DNA from: Malacoraja senta
Lineage: Eukaryota
DNA length: 64,000 bases
Direction of reading: 5' to 3'
Assembly: GCA_038087875.1 (NCBI GenBank)
Contig: JAXLNO010000364.1
Span: 186,001 to 250,000, forward strand
This document shows, one piece after another, positions 1 through 15,090 of the stretch (its first letter is position 1; every line of letters begins with the position of its first letter). The notes beneath the pieces were generated by a model. That model saw nothing but the letters and a program-made list of their open reading frames with translations, was not told the origin of the DNA and did no database searches. Both the position numbers and the translations under genes were made by a program.

Positions 1-153
1 ATAGTTCACTGGAAAGGGACCCAAGAAGGGATGACCGTGGAACAGCAATGGCAGGTATATCTGAGAATAATCCAGAAGATGCAGGATCAATTCATTCCAA
101 AGAGGAAGAAAGATTCTAATGGGAGTAAGAGGCGACCGTGGCTGACAAGCGAA

Positions 154-292
154 ATCATGGGGTTGGAGATTGCAGCCTTCACGTGGTCCACCGTGTTTCG
201 ACTAATGCAATCAACCCGACGTGCACAAACAAGATCAAATAGAACAAGTTGGCCTACAACTTTAGGCTGTGCACGCCATACGCAAGAAGAAG
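154..292 (+). mobile_element. Short 3' end of a non-LTR retroelement with (AAG)n tail nested in the CR1; repeated at ~12965, ~26869, ~39510 (partial) and ~61789
   Basis: Interrupts the CR1 PWLT|REVKDSI coding sequence, ends CCATACGC(AAG)n, and is flanked by AAGCGAA (147-153) and AAGGGAA (293-299) as a probable target-site duplication. Family not determined. Confidence 0.6.
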
Positions 293-337
293 AAGGGAAG
301 TCAAGGACAGTATAAACATAAAAGAGAAGACGTATAA

Positions 338-627
338 CTCAATTCTGATTTGAGAATCAAGGGACAAACGTTTAGGGGCAACATGAGGGGGAACTTCTTT
401 ACTCAGAGAGTGGTACCTGTGTGGAATGTGTTTCCAGTGGAAGTGGTGAATGCAGGTTCGTTTTTATCATTTAAAAATAAATTGGGAAGGTATATGGACG
501 GGAAAGGAATATAGGGTTATGGTCTGTGTGCTTGTAGAGGGGACTCGGTGAGAGTAAGTGTTCGGGACGGACTAGAAGGGCCGAGATGGCATGTTTCCGT
601 GCTGTAATTGTTATATTGTTATATGGT
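338..627 (+). mobile_element. Nested 3' fragment of a second CR1 family with a (TTATATGG)-like tail; present in each unit
   Basis: Encodes a CR1 ORF2 C-terminus (LRIKGQ.FRGNMRGNFFTQRVV.VWN) followed by a 3' UTR ending GGCATGTTTCCGTGCTGTAATTGTTATATTGTTATATGG; TATAAC on both sides. Confidence 0.75.
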
Positions 628-3089
628 TATAACATAGCAAATATGAGCGGGAAGCCAGAGGATTGGGAAACTATTTAAAAAACACCATAAAGTAACTAAA
701 AACCTTCCATCGGTAGATGAAGAAGGAAAAAAAATTAAGACAAATGTGGATCCCTTGAAGACAGAAACAGGTGGATTTATTATGGGGAACAATGAAAAGG
801 GAAACGAGATGAACAGGTACTTTGGTTCAGTCTTCTCTACGGAAGTCAGAAACAATCTCTCAGATGTACTGGGGGACAGAGGACCTAGGTGATGGAGGAA
901 CTGAAGGAAATTCACGTTAGTCATGAAATGGTGTTGGGTTCACTGGTGGGACTGAAGGCTCATACATCCCCAGGGTCTGATGGTCTGCATTCCAGGGTAC
1001 TCAAGGAGTTGGGTCTAGAAATCGTGGACGCCTTGGTGATAATGTTCCAGTGTTCTATAAATTATGAATCAGTTCCTGTGAATTGGAGGGCAGCTAATGT
1101 TATCACACTTTTCAAGAAAGGAGGGAGAGAGAAAGCAGGGCATTATAGACCAGTTAGCCTGACATCAGTGGTGGGGACGATGCTGGAGCCGTTTATTGGG
1201 GATTTAAGAATGGCGCATTTGGGTAGCAGTACCAGGATCGGTCCAAGTCAGCATGGATTTACGAAGGGGAAATGATACTTGACAAATCTTCGGGAATGTT
1301 TTTGAGGACGTAACAAGTAAAATGGACAAGGGAGAGCCAGTGGATGTAGGGATTAACGGGTCCCTTTCAGAATGGCAGGCAGTGACCAGTGGGGTAACGC
1401 AAGGTTCGGTGTTGGGACCGCAGCTATTTACAACGCATATTAATGATTTAGATGAAGGGATTACAAGTAACATTTGCAAATTTGAAGATGACACAAATCT
1501 GGGTGGAAGTGTGAACTGTGAGGAGGATGCTATGAGAATGCAGGGTGACTTGGACAGGTCGGGTGAGTGGGCAGATACACGGGAGTTTAATGTGGATAAT
1601 GTGAGGTTATACACTTTAGTAGAAAAAACGAGAATGCAGATTATTATCTAAATGATGTCAAGTTGGGAAAGCGGGAAGTACAACGGGATCTCGGGGTCCT
1701 TGTTCATCAGTCAATGAAAGTAAGTTTGCCATGCAGGTACAGCAGCCAGTGAAGAAAGCGAATGGCGTGTTGATCTTGATAACAATAGAATTGAGTACAG
1801 GAGCAAAGAGGTCCTTCTACAGTTGTACAGGGCCCTGGTGAGACCACACCTTTGTATTGTGTGCAATTTTAGTATCCCAATTTGAGGAAGGATATTCTAG
1901 CTTTTGAGGGAGTGCAGCGTAGGTTCACGACGTTAATACCCGGGATGGCGGGGCTGCCATCTGATGAAAGAATGGAACGACTGGGCTTGATTTCACTGGA
2001 ATTTAGAAGGATGAGAGGGATCTTGTAGAAACATACAACATATTTAAGAGATTGGACACGCTAGATGCAGGAAACATGTTTCCGATGTCAGGGGACTTCA
2101 AAACCAGGGGCCACAGTTTAAGAATAAGGGGTAGGCCATTTAGGACTGAGATGAGTAAAACAAAATTTCACACAGAGAGTTGCGAAATTGTGGAATCCTC
2201 TGCCTCTGAAGGCAGTGGAGGCCGATTCATATGATTGGGTAAACGTGTGAGGATAGTTTGATGTTACTAGGCCTGTACTCGCTGGAGTTTAGCAGAATGA
2301 AGGGAGACTTCATTGAAACACACAGAATAGTGAATGGCTTGGATAGAGTGTGTGTGGGGAGGATGTTTCTACTAGTGGAGAGCCTAGCACGGGAGGGCAT
2401 TGCCTCAGAATTCGACGTTCTTTTAGTAAGGAGATGAGGAGACATTTCTTTAGTCAGAGGATAGTGAATCTGTGGATTTTTTTGCTGCAGAGATGGATAG
2501 ATTCTTGATTATTACAGGTGTCAGAGATTATGGTGAGAAGGCAGAAGAATGGGGTGAGCACGGAGAAACTTATCAACTACACTTTGCCCCCCTCACGTTA
2601 AATCTATCATCTCTAATAATTGACCTGTCTATCGTGGGGCGGGGCTGGAGGGGGGGGGGTAGATAACGAATGTCCGCCCAATCTGTGCCTCCCATAGTGT
2701 CATTTTGATTGGTTGAGAGATACAGAATGGAAACCGGCCCATTCGCCCACCCCACGCCGACCATTTCTCATGCGATCACACGCCAGTTCTACCTTATACC
2801 CACTTTCCGTTCGCTCCCTACACACTAGTGACAATTTATGGAGGCCAATTGACCTACAATCCCAAAGCACCCTGAAATATAGAAGCATCACGAGGCCATT
2901 TCGCCCATCAAGTTCGCTCCGCCATCCGCCACTCCAAAGACGTAGAGGTGTGTATGTTAATTTGCTTGGTGTAAATGAAAATTGTCCCTCGTGTGTGTAT
3001 GATAGCGGTAGTGTGCGGGGATCGCTGATTGAACCTTCTGAACCTTCTGAATTTTGTAGTCGGCAGGGCAGTACTCTGCATATCACCAA

Positions 3090-3430
3090 CTTGGACAATT
3101 TTACATTTTTATCAAGCCAATTAATCAAGCCAATTAACCTACAAACCTGTACATCTTTGGAGTGTGGCAGGAAACCGAAGATCTCGGAGAAAACCTACGC
3201 AGATCACGGGGAGAACGTACAAACTCCAGGTCTCTGGCGTTGCATTTTGCTGCACCGCTGTGCCACCGTGACTGCAAAGACGTACGAGTTTGCAGGGAAA
3301 TCGGCTTGGTATAAATGTAAATTATTCTCAGTCGAGTAGGATCGTGTTAGCGTGCGGGGGATCGCTGGTAGATGCGGACTCGCTGGGCTGATGGGCCTGT
3401 TTCCGCGCTGCATCTATAAACTGAACCAAA
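3090..3430. mobile_element. Cluster of HE1/V-SINE-like fragments in both orientations; repeated in each unit
   Basis: V-SINE-type core (TTTGGAGTGTGG.AGGAAACCG...GGGGAGAACGTACAAACTCC) on the minus strand and a CR1-type tail GGGCCTGTTTCCGCGCTG on the plus strand. Family assignment is from recall. Confidence 0.65.
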
Positions 3431-3714
3431 CTTTGAAAGTAAAATAGAGCATCAGAATCAGTTTCGTTGGTCCGCTTTAAAAATTATCTGTTGCTCTCGC
3501 ATGGAATTGTTTTCTCTCGCTGGAGAAAGGTGCTACAGGAGAGATAGAGATGTTGGGTGCGGGGGGTGGGGGTGGGGGAGGGGAGGGGAGGAGGAGTGTT
3601 GCTTTCTGGATTGATACAGATTGTCACAGCAGTAGTCCGAAGTGACATTGCGGATGTTTCCTTCAGTCAGGCTAGATTTCTGAATTTGAGAAATAAAAAT
3701 CAATATACCAGTAA

Positions 3715-3810
3715 GATAGACAGACACACAATGCTGGCGTAACTCAGATGGCCAGGTAGCATCTCTGGAGTAAAGGAATGGGTGAAGTTTCGGGTCGAGA
3801 CTCTTCTTAA
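3715..3810 (-). mobile_element. Penelope-like element terminal fragment with a degenerate minimal hammerhead motif; also ~17267-17360, 30823-30915 and 53948-54041
   Basis: The minus strand reads TAAGA-AG(A/G)GTC-TC-GACCC-GAAAC-TTCACCCATTCC...GAGATGCT...TGAGTTACGCCAGCA, resembling the CTGAAGA-stem-GAAAC-GTCA motif of Penelope terminal repeats. Confidence 0.55.
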
Positions 3811-4148
3811 TAAGCACCAGTAGTCAGAATCGAACTCGTGTTTCTGGAGCTGTAAAGCATCAGCTGCACCGCTGCGCCGCCGAGGTCGTTTCCTCTTTTC
3901 TTATTGACTGAATTTACCATCCAAACGTCAGGAAGTCTGCCATCCGCGACCTTCATGTTCTGTGGAACACGCCGGAACTGAAATCCCACCACCTCGTCTT
4001 TAGCCGACTCCTACACGTAGGATGAGGACTTACCTAAGAACAGCTGCTCCCAAATTACTCTCCCACTTTCTGCCTAACACTGATATTTTTATTTTCCATT
4101 CTCCGATTTCTCAAATTAATCGACAAAACAATCAGTCCTTAAAATAAT

Positions 4149-4154
4149 TTTATT
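4149..4154 (-). terminator. Polyadenylation signal AATAAA of tubulin copy 1
   Basis: TTTATT on the plus strand ~80 nt past the stop, in an AT-rich 3' UTR; same position in all four copies. Confidence 0.6.
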
Positions 4155-4232
4155 ATCAATAGTATAATATCTATCAATATAATCTATTAAATCTATATTA
4201 AATTAAACTTTTAATTACTAAATTAATTAATG

Positions 4233-7084
<2,852 letters not shown>

Positions 7085-7310
7085 GTTGCTCCGCTCGCGT
7101 GGTTCTCGAGACTATGACGCGCGGCGCCGCTCCGGTATTTATACGACCCCCGGGATAGAACGGTGGCATTCGGTAAACGCGCGCCGATTGGTCAATGAGA
7201 ACAATGACCTTGGTTGCCACAGGAAACAAACATAGAAGGTTCCAAGGCGCTCATTGCTGAATAATCCACAGTGTGAGACGTAGAACAATGGACCTTCAGT
7301 GACGCAATCC
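7085..7310 (-). promoter_or_regulatory. Promoter of tubulin copy 1
   Basis: TATAAATA at 7136-7143, CCAAT at 7187-7191, X-box-like GTTGCCACAGGAAAC at 7213-7227; CpG-rich and conserved in all copies. Confidence 0.75.
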
Positions 7311-7564
7311 ATTGTCTGCCTTCACCTCCCAGATTCCAATCTATTAATTACCGCTTGAAATTAAAGGATCTGACCACATGCCTCAAAATGATACCTAGCG
7401 CCAACTATTTGACTTCCTCACCCCATGCAATCAATTTAGCCACTTTACCAGTGGAAAAATTGCTGTAGATCACAGCGAATGTGATGTTAATCCCACGCAT
7501 CTCTGCATTAATCACTTCATAATCCGGGATATCCGGTCTATCATCGCAATGCCTAACATCAATT

Positions 7565-7910
7565 ATTATTGATTTATTACCATCACGTGTGCTGCAAAAA
7601 AATGTCAGGCGTACTATATGGGCAGATCACATCACTCCTCATTATATCTGATAGTGCAACACGAAAAAAATGAGCAACGTGCGGAGTACAATGTTACATC
7701 TAGAGAATAAAATAACATTTTTATTTTTAAGTATGAGGACCACAGGAAGGTAGCACATGAGAGGCCTGCTGGGACAAGCTGTTCCTGAATCAGGTGGTAC
7801 GTTCTTTCATGCTTTGGTACACGCTGTCCAACAGAAGTGGAGAGAAGAGTGAATGACCGGGGCTTAAGGTATGGAGGGGGTGGGGTGTGGGAGTGGCCCT
7901 TGATTGTGAC
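7565..7910 (-). mobile_element. Old, decayed LINE 3' fragment (Rex1/Babar-like); repeated in each unit
   Basis: AAGCTGTTCCTGAATCAGGTGGTACG...GGAGAGAAGAGTGAATGACCGGGG resembles the antisense 3' coding end of Rex1-type LINEs. From recall only. Confidence 0.4.
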
Positions 7911-8383
7911 GATGTCATGCAATTAGATTCCAAATGATCAATCACTGATTAATAAAGTGCCATTGAACATCTTGATTGATTGAAAGATGTACTGAACAAA
8001 TATGATGACGTGCAGTCCATCTGAACCGCAGCAATCTCCAATTCCGTAAGGATGAATCACAAGGATATCACATTGATGGCTTTATGGAGTCATAGAGTGA
8101 TAGAGTGTAGAAACAGGCCGTTCGGCTCCACTTCCCACACCGGCCAACATGTCCCACCTGCCTGCCCTTGGACCATATCCATCCAAACGTGTCCCATCAC
8201 TGTACCTGTTTAACTGTTCCTTATACGTTCGGAGAGTCCCAGCCGCAACTGCCCGCTATAGCAGTTTGTTCCATGCAACCACCACACTTTGTTTGAAATG
8301 GTTACCGCTCAAATTCCTATTAAATCTTTACCGCTTCACCTTGAATCTATTGGTCCTCGATGGCCCTACACTGGGCAAGATAT

Positions 8384-9065
8384 TATAACCATATAACCAT
8401 ATAACAATTACAGCATGGAAACAGGCCAACTCGGCCCTTCAAGTCCATGCCGAACACTCTTTCTCCCCTAGTCCCATCTACCTGCACTCAGACCATAACC
8501 CTCCATTCCTTTCTCGTCCATATACCCATCCAATCTATTTTTAAATGATAAAATCGAACCTGCCTCCACCACTTCCACTGGAAGCTCATTCCACACAGCT
8601 ACCACTCTCTGAGTATAGAAGCTCCCCCTAATGTTACCCCTAAACTTCTGTCCCTTAATTCTCAAGTCATGTCCTCTTGTTTGAATCTTCCCTACTCTCA
8701 ATGGGAAAAGCTTATCCACGTCAACTCTGTCTATCCCTCTCATCATTTAAAAAACCTCTATCAAGTCCATCTGCCATCTTTCAGCCCACTCTTCCAGAAT
8801 GGCCTAAATCTCTCTGTAGACTTTGAAAATCTACTTCATTATCCACAACGCCACCTTTTAGTGTCATCTGCATATTTACTAATCCAATTTTCCACACCAT
8901 CATCCAGATCATTGATGTACATGACAAACAACAGTGGACCCAACACAGACACCTGAGGCACCCCACTAGTCACCGACCTCCAACCTGACATACAGCCAGC
9001 CACCATTACTCTCTGGCATCTCCCATTCAGCCACTGTTGAATCCAGCAGCCACTGTTGAATCCAT
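8384..9065 (-). mobile_element. Unit-1-specific CR1 3' fragment with an internal deletion
   Basis: (ATAACCAT)n tail at 8384-8407, ORF MMRGIDRVDVDKLFPLRVGKIQTRGH...GRWD and RT piece [24 protein letters not shown]...YADD; absent from the homologous site in the other units. Confidence 0.85.
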
Positions 9066-10539
9066 TATGTGCATCTACCCGACCTGTTCCTCTCATGATT
9101 TGTAACACCTCTGCACGATCACCCCTCATCCTCCTGCGCTCCAAGGAACAGCGACCCAGCCTACTCAACCTCTCCCATCAGCTCAGACCACCTAGTCCTG
9201 GCAGCATCCGCGTAAATCTTCACTGCCAGAGACTAGGGGTCGGTGCTGTGGCCGCTGCTCTTCACGTTGTATATCAATGATTTGGGTGAGGGAATTGAAT
9301 GCTTGGTGGGAGGTTTGGTGATGCTGCGAAGGTAGGTGGAGGGGCAGATAGTGTAGATAAAGCAGCGACTCTGCCGAAGGATTTGGGCATGTTTGGAAAG
9401 TAGTCAAAGAAATGGCAGCGCAGCAAAATGCGGAGACCGGCATTTTGATAGTAGGAATCAATCGAAGACTATTTTCTAATTTTCTAATTGAGGAGAGAAT
9501 TCAGAAATCTGAGGTGCAAAGGGACTCGGGAATGCTGATACAGGATTCCCAAAAATGTAATTTGCAAGTCGAATTGATAGTACGGCAGGAAAATGCAATA
9601 CAAGCATTTATTTGGGGAGGACAAGAATATAAAAAAACGGACGTAATATTGAGGCTTGAAAAGGCACCGGTGAGCGCATTTGAGGTATTTTGACCAATGT
9701 GGGACCCCATATCGAAGGCCTGATGTGCTGGCGTTGGAAAGGGTACGGAGGATGATTATGAGAATGATCCCAGCACCGAATTGGGTTCACGTATGATAAA
9801 CGTTTGACGATACTGTGCCTGTACTAGCTGGAGTGCAGAAGGAAGAGGGGAGAACCTCATTGAAACAAATGGCTTGTGGAGGCTATCGCGTGAAGGCAGG
9901 GGAATGGGGCTGATAGGGGAAGAAAGATCACCCACGATTAAATGGCGGAGTAAGCTAGAGTCATAGAGTGATACAGTGTGGACACAGACCTTTAGGCAAA
10001 ACTTTCATTCACCGGCCAACATTTCCCAGTTACCCCAGTCCCACCTACGTGTGCTTGGTCCATATCCATCCAAACGTGTCCCATCAATAGACCTGTTTAA
10101 CTATTCCTTATACGTTCGGATAGTCCCAGCCTCAACAACCCCCTCTGGCAGCTTGTTCCATGCAACCACCACACTTTGTTTGCAAAGGTTACCGTTCAAA
10201 TTCCTATTAAATATTTACACCTTCACCTTGAATATATTGGTCCTCGATGCTCCATACACCCACCATCCTTTGTGTGAAAACGTTAGCCTTCAGATTGCTT
10301 TTGAATATTTTCCCCTTCACCTTGTACTTATGTCTTCTGGTCCTCGATTCAACTACTTTCGGCAAGAGATTCTGCGCATCTATCCGATTTATTCCTCTCG
10401 TGATTTTAAGCACCTCTAGAAGATCACCCCTCATCCTCCTGCGCTCGAAGGCATAGAGACCCAGCCTACTCAACCTCTCCCGATAGCTCAGACCCTCTAA
10501 TCCTGGCAACATTCTCGTAAATGCAATAGTACAATTCAT

Positions 10540-10805
10540 TTAGACTTTAGACTTTTGACTTTAAACTTAAGAGATACTTCGCGGAAACAGCCCCTTCGTC
10601 GATCAGCGATCACCACGTGCACTGGCACACCCCTAAACACTTGGGACAATTTGCAACTTTACCGAAGCCAAACCAGTACGACTTTGGAGTGTGGGAGAGA
10701 CCCGGACCACCGAAGAAAACCCACAGGGAGAACATCCAAACTCCGTACAAACAGCATCCGGAGTCCCGATCGAACCCGGGTCTCTGGCGCTGTAAGGCAA
10801 CAACC
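10540..10805 (-). mobile_element. HE1/V-SINE-like tRNA-derived SINE; also ~24420-24685, 37780-38046 and 59820-60085
   Basis: The minus strand has a tRNA-like head GCCTTACAGCGCCAGAGACCCGGGTTCGATC (B-box), a V-core, a CR1-like tail and (TCTAAAG)n terminal repeats. Confidence 0.75.
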
Positions 10806-13800
10806 TTCAAGGTCGGCAGGTGAAGGGGCGAGTGCGGAGGATTGGCTGCAGAATTTAAAGCCTTGAGGAGTTTTCAAGAGCGGGTCATTTAAAAACCGGT
10901 AACTAAATCTGTAAATTAGCTAATTAGTTAATTGAATAGCAAATAAAAGTAGGGCTCGCTCTTGGAGTGCCTTGACGTGAGTGCCTTGGTGAGCAAAGTG
11001 TGAGTCTTTGGCTCAAGAGCGTCTTGGTGAGTAAGGTGTGAGACTTTGTCTCAAGAGTCTTCGGCGAGAAGGCTGATCGAAATGTGTGATTTGTGATATT
11101 TAGTCCAGTAAAGAAAAGGCAGAGTGGTACAGTGTGTTTCCTGCAGGATGTGGGAAGTCAGGTACACCGCTGGTGCTTCTGGAAACTATACCTGCAGAAA
11201 TTGTGTCCAGGTGCTGCTCCTGAATGAACGTGTTGGGGAAATGAAGAAGCAGCTGGAGGACCTCACGACCATCCGGGAAAACGAGAATTTTCTGGACAAG
11301 ACCTTCAGTGAGGCTGTCACACCAAGGATACCGGAGTAGCGAAGGTGGATGACTGTGAGAAAGAGGCGTAAATGTGGAGTGCAAGAGAACACGGTGGCTG
11401 TACCTAATGAGACGCGACCGGTGAGAACGACGTCAGGCAGAACCATAGTGGTGAGTGACTCCATTGTCCGAGGTGCGGACAGGACATTCATTTGCGGCTG
11501 GCGAGTCTCGAGGATAGTCTGTTGCATCCCTGGTGCAAGATATCTCGGACCGACTTCAGAACATCCTTCGGAAGGTAGGTGAGGAGCCGGAAGTAGGTAT
11601 GCATGTGGGCACAAACGACGTCGGGGAGAAGAGGAAGTATGTTCTGCACCGTGAGTTTAGAGAGTTAGGAAGAAGATTGAAAAGCAGGACTTCTGGGGTG
11701 GTTATCTCTGGACTGTTTCCAGTACCCCGTGCTGGTGAGTATCGGAATGGGAGATGGCGGATCTGAATGTGGGCTGAGGGTCTGGTGCAGTGAGCAGCGA
11801 TTTAGATTCATAGACCACTGGGACCTATTCTGGGGCAGGGATGACCTCTACAAAAGTGACGGGTTACACCTTAACAGGGGCGGGACCAATATTCTGGCAG
11901 CCACGAGGGTTTAAAATAATTTGCGGGAAGGAAGTGTTGACGAATTGGAAATATAAGGATGAAGTTAAACGTGAAGAGAGTACAGGAAATGTTGCGAGAG
12001 ACAACCGAATTAATGGGACGGAAAGTTCAAGAAGGGATTAGAGAGTAAGGTCAGGTGAAAGAGGGACCGGTTTGAGAGACGAGGTGAATACCGCATTAAA
12101 AGTGTTACCCCGAACTATAAGAAATAAGGTGGATGAGCTTTAGACAAAGTTAGAAATTGGTGAGTATGATGTTGTGGGAATTACAGACACATGGCTGCAA
12201 GCGGATCACAACTGGGAACTGAATATTCAGGGGTATATGTCCTATTGCAAAGAAAGCCAGATGGGCAGAGGGGATGCGGTGGCTATTTTGGTAAGGAATG
12301 AAATTCAGTCTCTTGCGACGGGAGACATAGAGTCAGACGTAGAGTCAATGTGTATGGAACTGAGAAATTGAACGGTAGAAAGACCCTAGTCCGTGTTATC
12401 TACAGGCTCCCAAACAGTAGCCTGGAGATAGGGTGCAAGTTGCATCAGGAGTTAAAATTAACATGTAACAAAGTTAATGCTACGGTGTTTACGGGAGACT
12501 TCAACATGCAGGTGGACTAGGAAAATTACATAGGTACTGGACCCCAAGAAATGGACTTTGTAGTGTGTTTCCGAGATGGATTCTTAGAGCAGCTTGTACT
12601 GGAGCCTACTAGGTAGCAGGAAAATCTGGATTTAATGTTATGTAATGAACCGAATATTATAAGTGACCTCAAGGTAAAGGAACCATTAGGAGGTAGTGGC
12701 CATAATATGATAAGTTTTAATATGCAATATGAGATAGCGAAGGTAATATCGGAAGTGGCAGTATTCCAGTTGAACAAAGAGGACTATTGAGGCATGAGGG
12801 AGGAGCTTGCCATAGTTCACTGGAAAGGGACCCAAGAAGGGATGACCGTGGAACAGCAATGGCAGGTATATCTGAGAATAATCCAGAAGATGCAGGTTAA
12901 TTTCTTTCCAAACAGGAAGAAAGATTCTAAAGGGAGTAAGAGGCGACCGTGGCTGACAAGCGAAATCATGGGGTGGGAGATTGCAACCTTCACGTGTCAA
13001 CCGTGTTTCGACTAATGCAATCAACCCGACGTGCACAAACAAGATCAAATAGAACAAGTTGGCCTACAACTTTAGGCTGTGCACACCATACGCAAGAAGA
13101 AGAAGGGAAGTCAAGGACAGTATAAACATAAAAGAGAAGACGTATAACTCAATTCTGATTTGAGAATTAATTGACAATATTTTAGGGGCAACATGAGGGG
13201 GGACCTCTTTACTCAGAGAGTCGTAGCTGTGTGGAATGCTTCCAGTGGAAGTGGTGAAGGCAGGTTCGTTTTTATCATTTAAAAATAAATTGGATAGGTA
13301 TATGGACGGGAAAGGAATGGAAGGTTTTGTTCTGAGTGCAGGTAGATGGGACTCGGTGAGAGTAAGTGTTCGGCACGGACTAGAAGGGCCGAGATGGCCT
13401 GTTTCCGTGCTGTAATTGTTATATTGTTATATGGTTATAACATAGCAAATATGAGCGGGCTGACAGAGGATTGGGAAACTTTTTAAAGAACAACAGAAAG
13501 TAACTGAAAAGCTTCCTTCGGTAGATGAAGAACAAAAACAAAGTGAATGTGAATCCCTTGAAGACAGAAACAGGTGGATTTATTATGGGGAACAAGGAAA
13601 AGGGAAACGAGTTGAACAGGTGCTTTGGTTCTGTGTTCACTACGGAAGTCAGAAACAATCTCCCAGATGTAGTAGGGGACAGAGGACCTGGGTGATGGAG
13701 GAACTGAAGGAAATTCACGTCAGTCAGGAAATAGTGTCGGGTTCACTGATGGGACGGAAGGCTCATACATTCCCAGGGTCTGATGGTCTGCATTCCCGTC

Positions 13801-15090
13801 TACTCAAGGAGGTGGCTCTAGAAATCGTGGACGCCTTGGTGATAATGTTTCAATCTTCTATAGATTATGAATCAGTTCCTGTGAAATGGAGGGTAGCTAA
13901 TGTTATCACACTTTTCAAGAAAGTAGGGAGAGAGAACGCAGGGCATTATAGACCAATTTGCCTGACATCAGTGGTGGGGAAGATGCTGGAGCCGTTTATT
14001 GGAGATGTAACAGTGGCGCATTTGGGTAGCAGTACCAGGATCGGTCCAAGTCAGCATGGATTTACGAAGGGCAAATCATACTTGACACCGCAGATATTTA
14101 CAATGTATATTAATGATTTAGAAGAAGGGATTACAAGTAACATTTGCAAATTTGCAGATGACACAAATCTGGGTGACATTGTGAACTGTGAGGAGGATGC
14201 TATGAGAATGCAGAGTGACTTGGACAGGTTGAGTGAATGGGCAGATGCACGGCAGATGCAGTTTAATGTGGATAAATGTGAGGTTATCCACTTTGGTAGC
14301 AAAAATGAGAAGGCAGATCATTATCTAAATGATGTCAGGTTGGGAAAGGGGGAAGTTCAACGGGATATCGGGGTCCTTGTTCATCAGTCAATGAATGTAA
14401 GCATGCCATGCAGGTACAGCAGGCAGTGAAGAAAGCGGAAGTTGGCCTTGATAACAAGAGAATTGAGTAGAGGAGCAGAGAAGTCCTTCTACAGTTGTAC
14501 AGGGCCCTGGTGAAACCACACCTGTTGTATTGTGTGCAGTTTTGGTATCCTCATTTGAGGAAGGATATTCTTGCTTTTGAGGGAGTGCAGCGTAGGTTCA
14601 CGACGTTAATACCCGGGATGGCGGGACTGTCATCTGATGAAAGAATGGAACGACTGGGCTTGTATTCACTGGAATTTAGAAGGATGAGAGGGGATCATAG
14701 AAACATACAACATATTTAAGAGATTGGACACGCTAGATGCAGCAAACATGTTTCCGATGTCAGGGGACTTCAAAACCAGGGGCCACAGTTTAAGAATAAG
14801 GGGTAGTCTATTTAGGACTCAGATGAGTAAAAGTCATTTTCACACAGTGTGTTGTGAATTTTTGGAATTCTCTGCTTCTGAAGGCAGTGGAGGCCGATTC
14901 ACTGGATGCATTCAACAGAGAGTTAGATAGAGCTCTTAGGGTTAGCGGAATCAAGGGGTATCCGGAGAAGGCAGGAACAGGGTAATGATTGTGGATGATC
15001 AGCCATGATTACATTGAATGGTGGAGCAGGCTCAAAGGGTCGGAAAGCCTACTCCGGCACATATTGTCTATGTATCTATGTATCTATGTA
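10806..15090 (+). mobile_element. Near-full-length decayed CR1 LINE (5' UTR, ORF1, ORF2, tail), unit 1/2 copy
   Basis: 5' UTR with ~38-bp tandem repeats; ORF1 zinc finger (CVSC...CRNC) and SGNH esterase (VGMHVGTND...DGLHL); APE endonuclease (GITDTWL) and RT remnants; 3' hairpin and (TATCTATG)n tail at 15067-15090. Many stops. Confidence 0.9.

Larger units (their letters stand above)
1..2230 (+). mobile_element. Decayed CR1 LINE ORF2 (RT region), part of the repeat unit
   Basis: Fragmented ORFs with CR1 motifs (WRAANVITLFKKGGREKAGHYRPVSLTSVVG, SGVTQGSVLGPQLF, KFEDD, TRGHSLRIRG); multiple stops and frameshifts; truncated by a deletion near 2229. Confidence 0.9.

Noticed and set aside
1960..1980. 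CTGATGA motif as a hammerhead core
   Set aside because: It is mutated CR1 ORF2 coding sequence (SYEER-like) with no flanking stems.
2713..3339. 208-211 aa ORF recurring in units 1 and 3
   Set aside because: Runs through a patchwork of SINE and CR1 fragments, is broken in units 2 and 4 and has no recognisable domain; recurrence reflects duplication.
3555..3598. G-run tract downstream of each gene as a G-quadruplex or terminator element
   Set aside because: Length and pattern vary freely among units, and the G-rich strand is the template strand for tubulin; it looks like unstable simple sequence.
10765..10800. GGTTCGATC B-box / tRNA-like sequence
   Set aside because: It is the head of a SINE with a V-core and LINE tail; no full cloverleaf.
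10984..11062. ~38-bp direct repeats resembling a CRISPR-like array
   Set aside because: Adjacent tandem repeats without unique spacers, inside a CR1 5' UTR in eukaryotic DNA.
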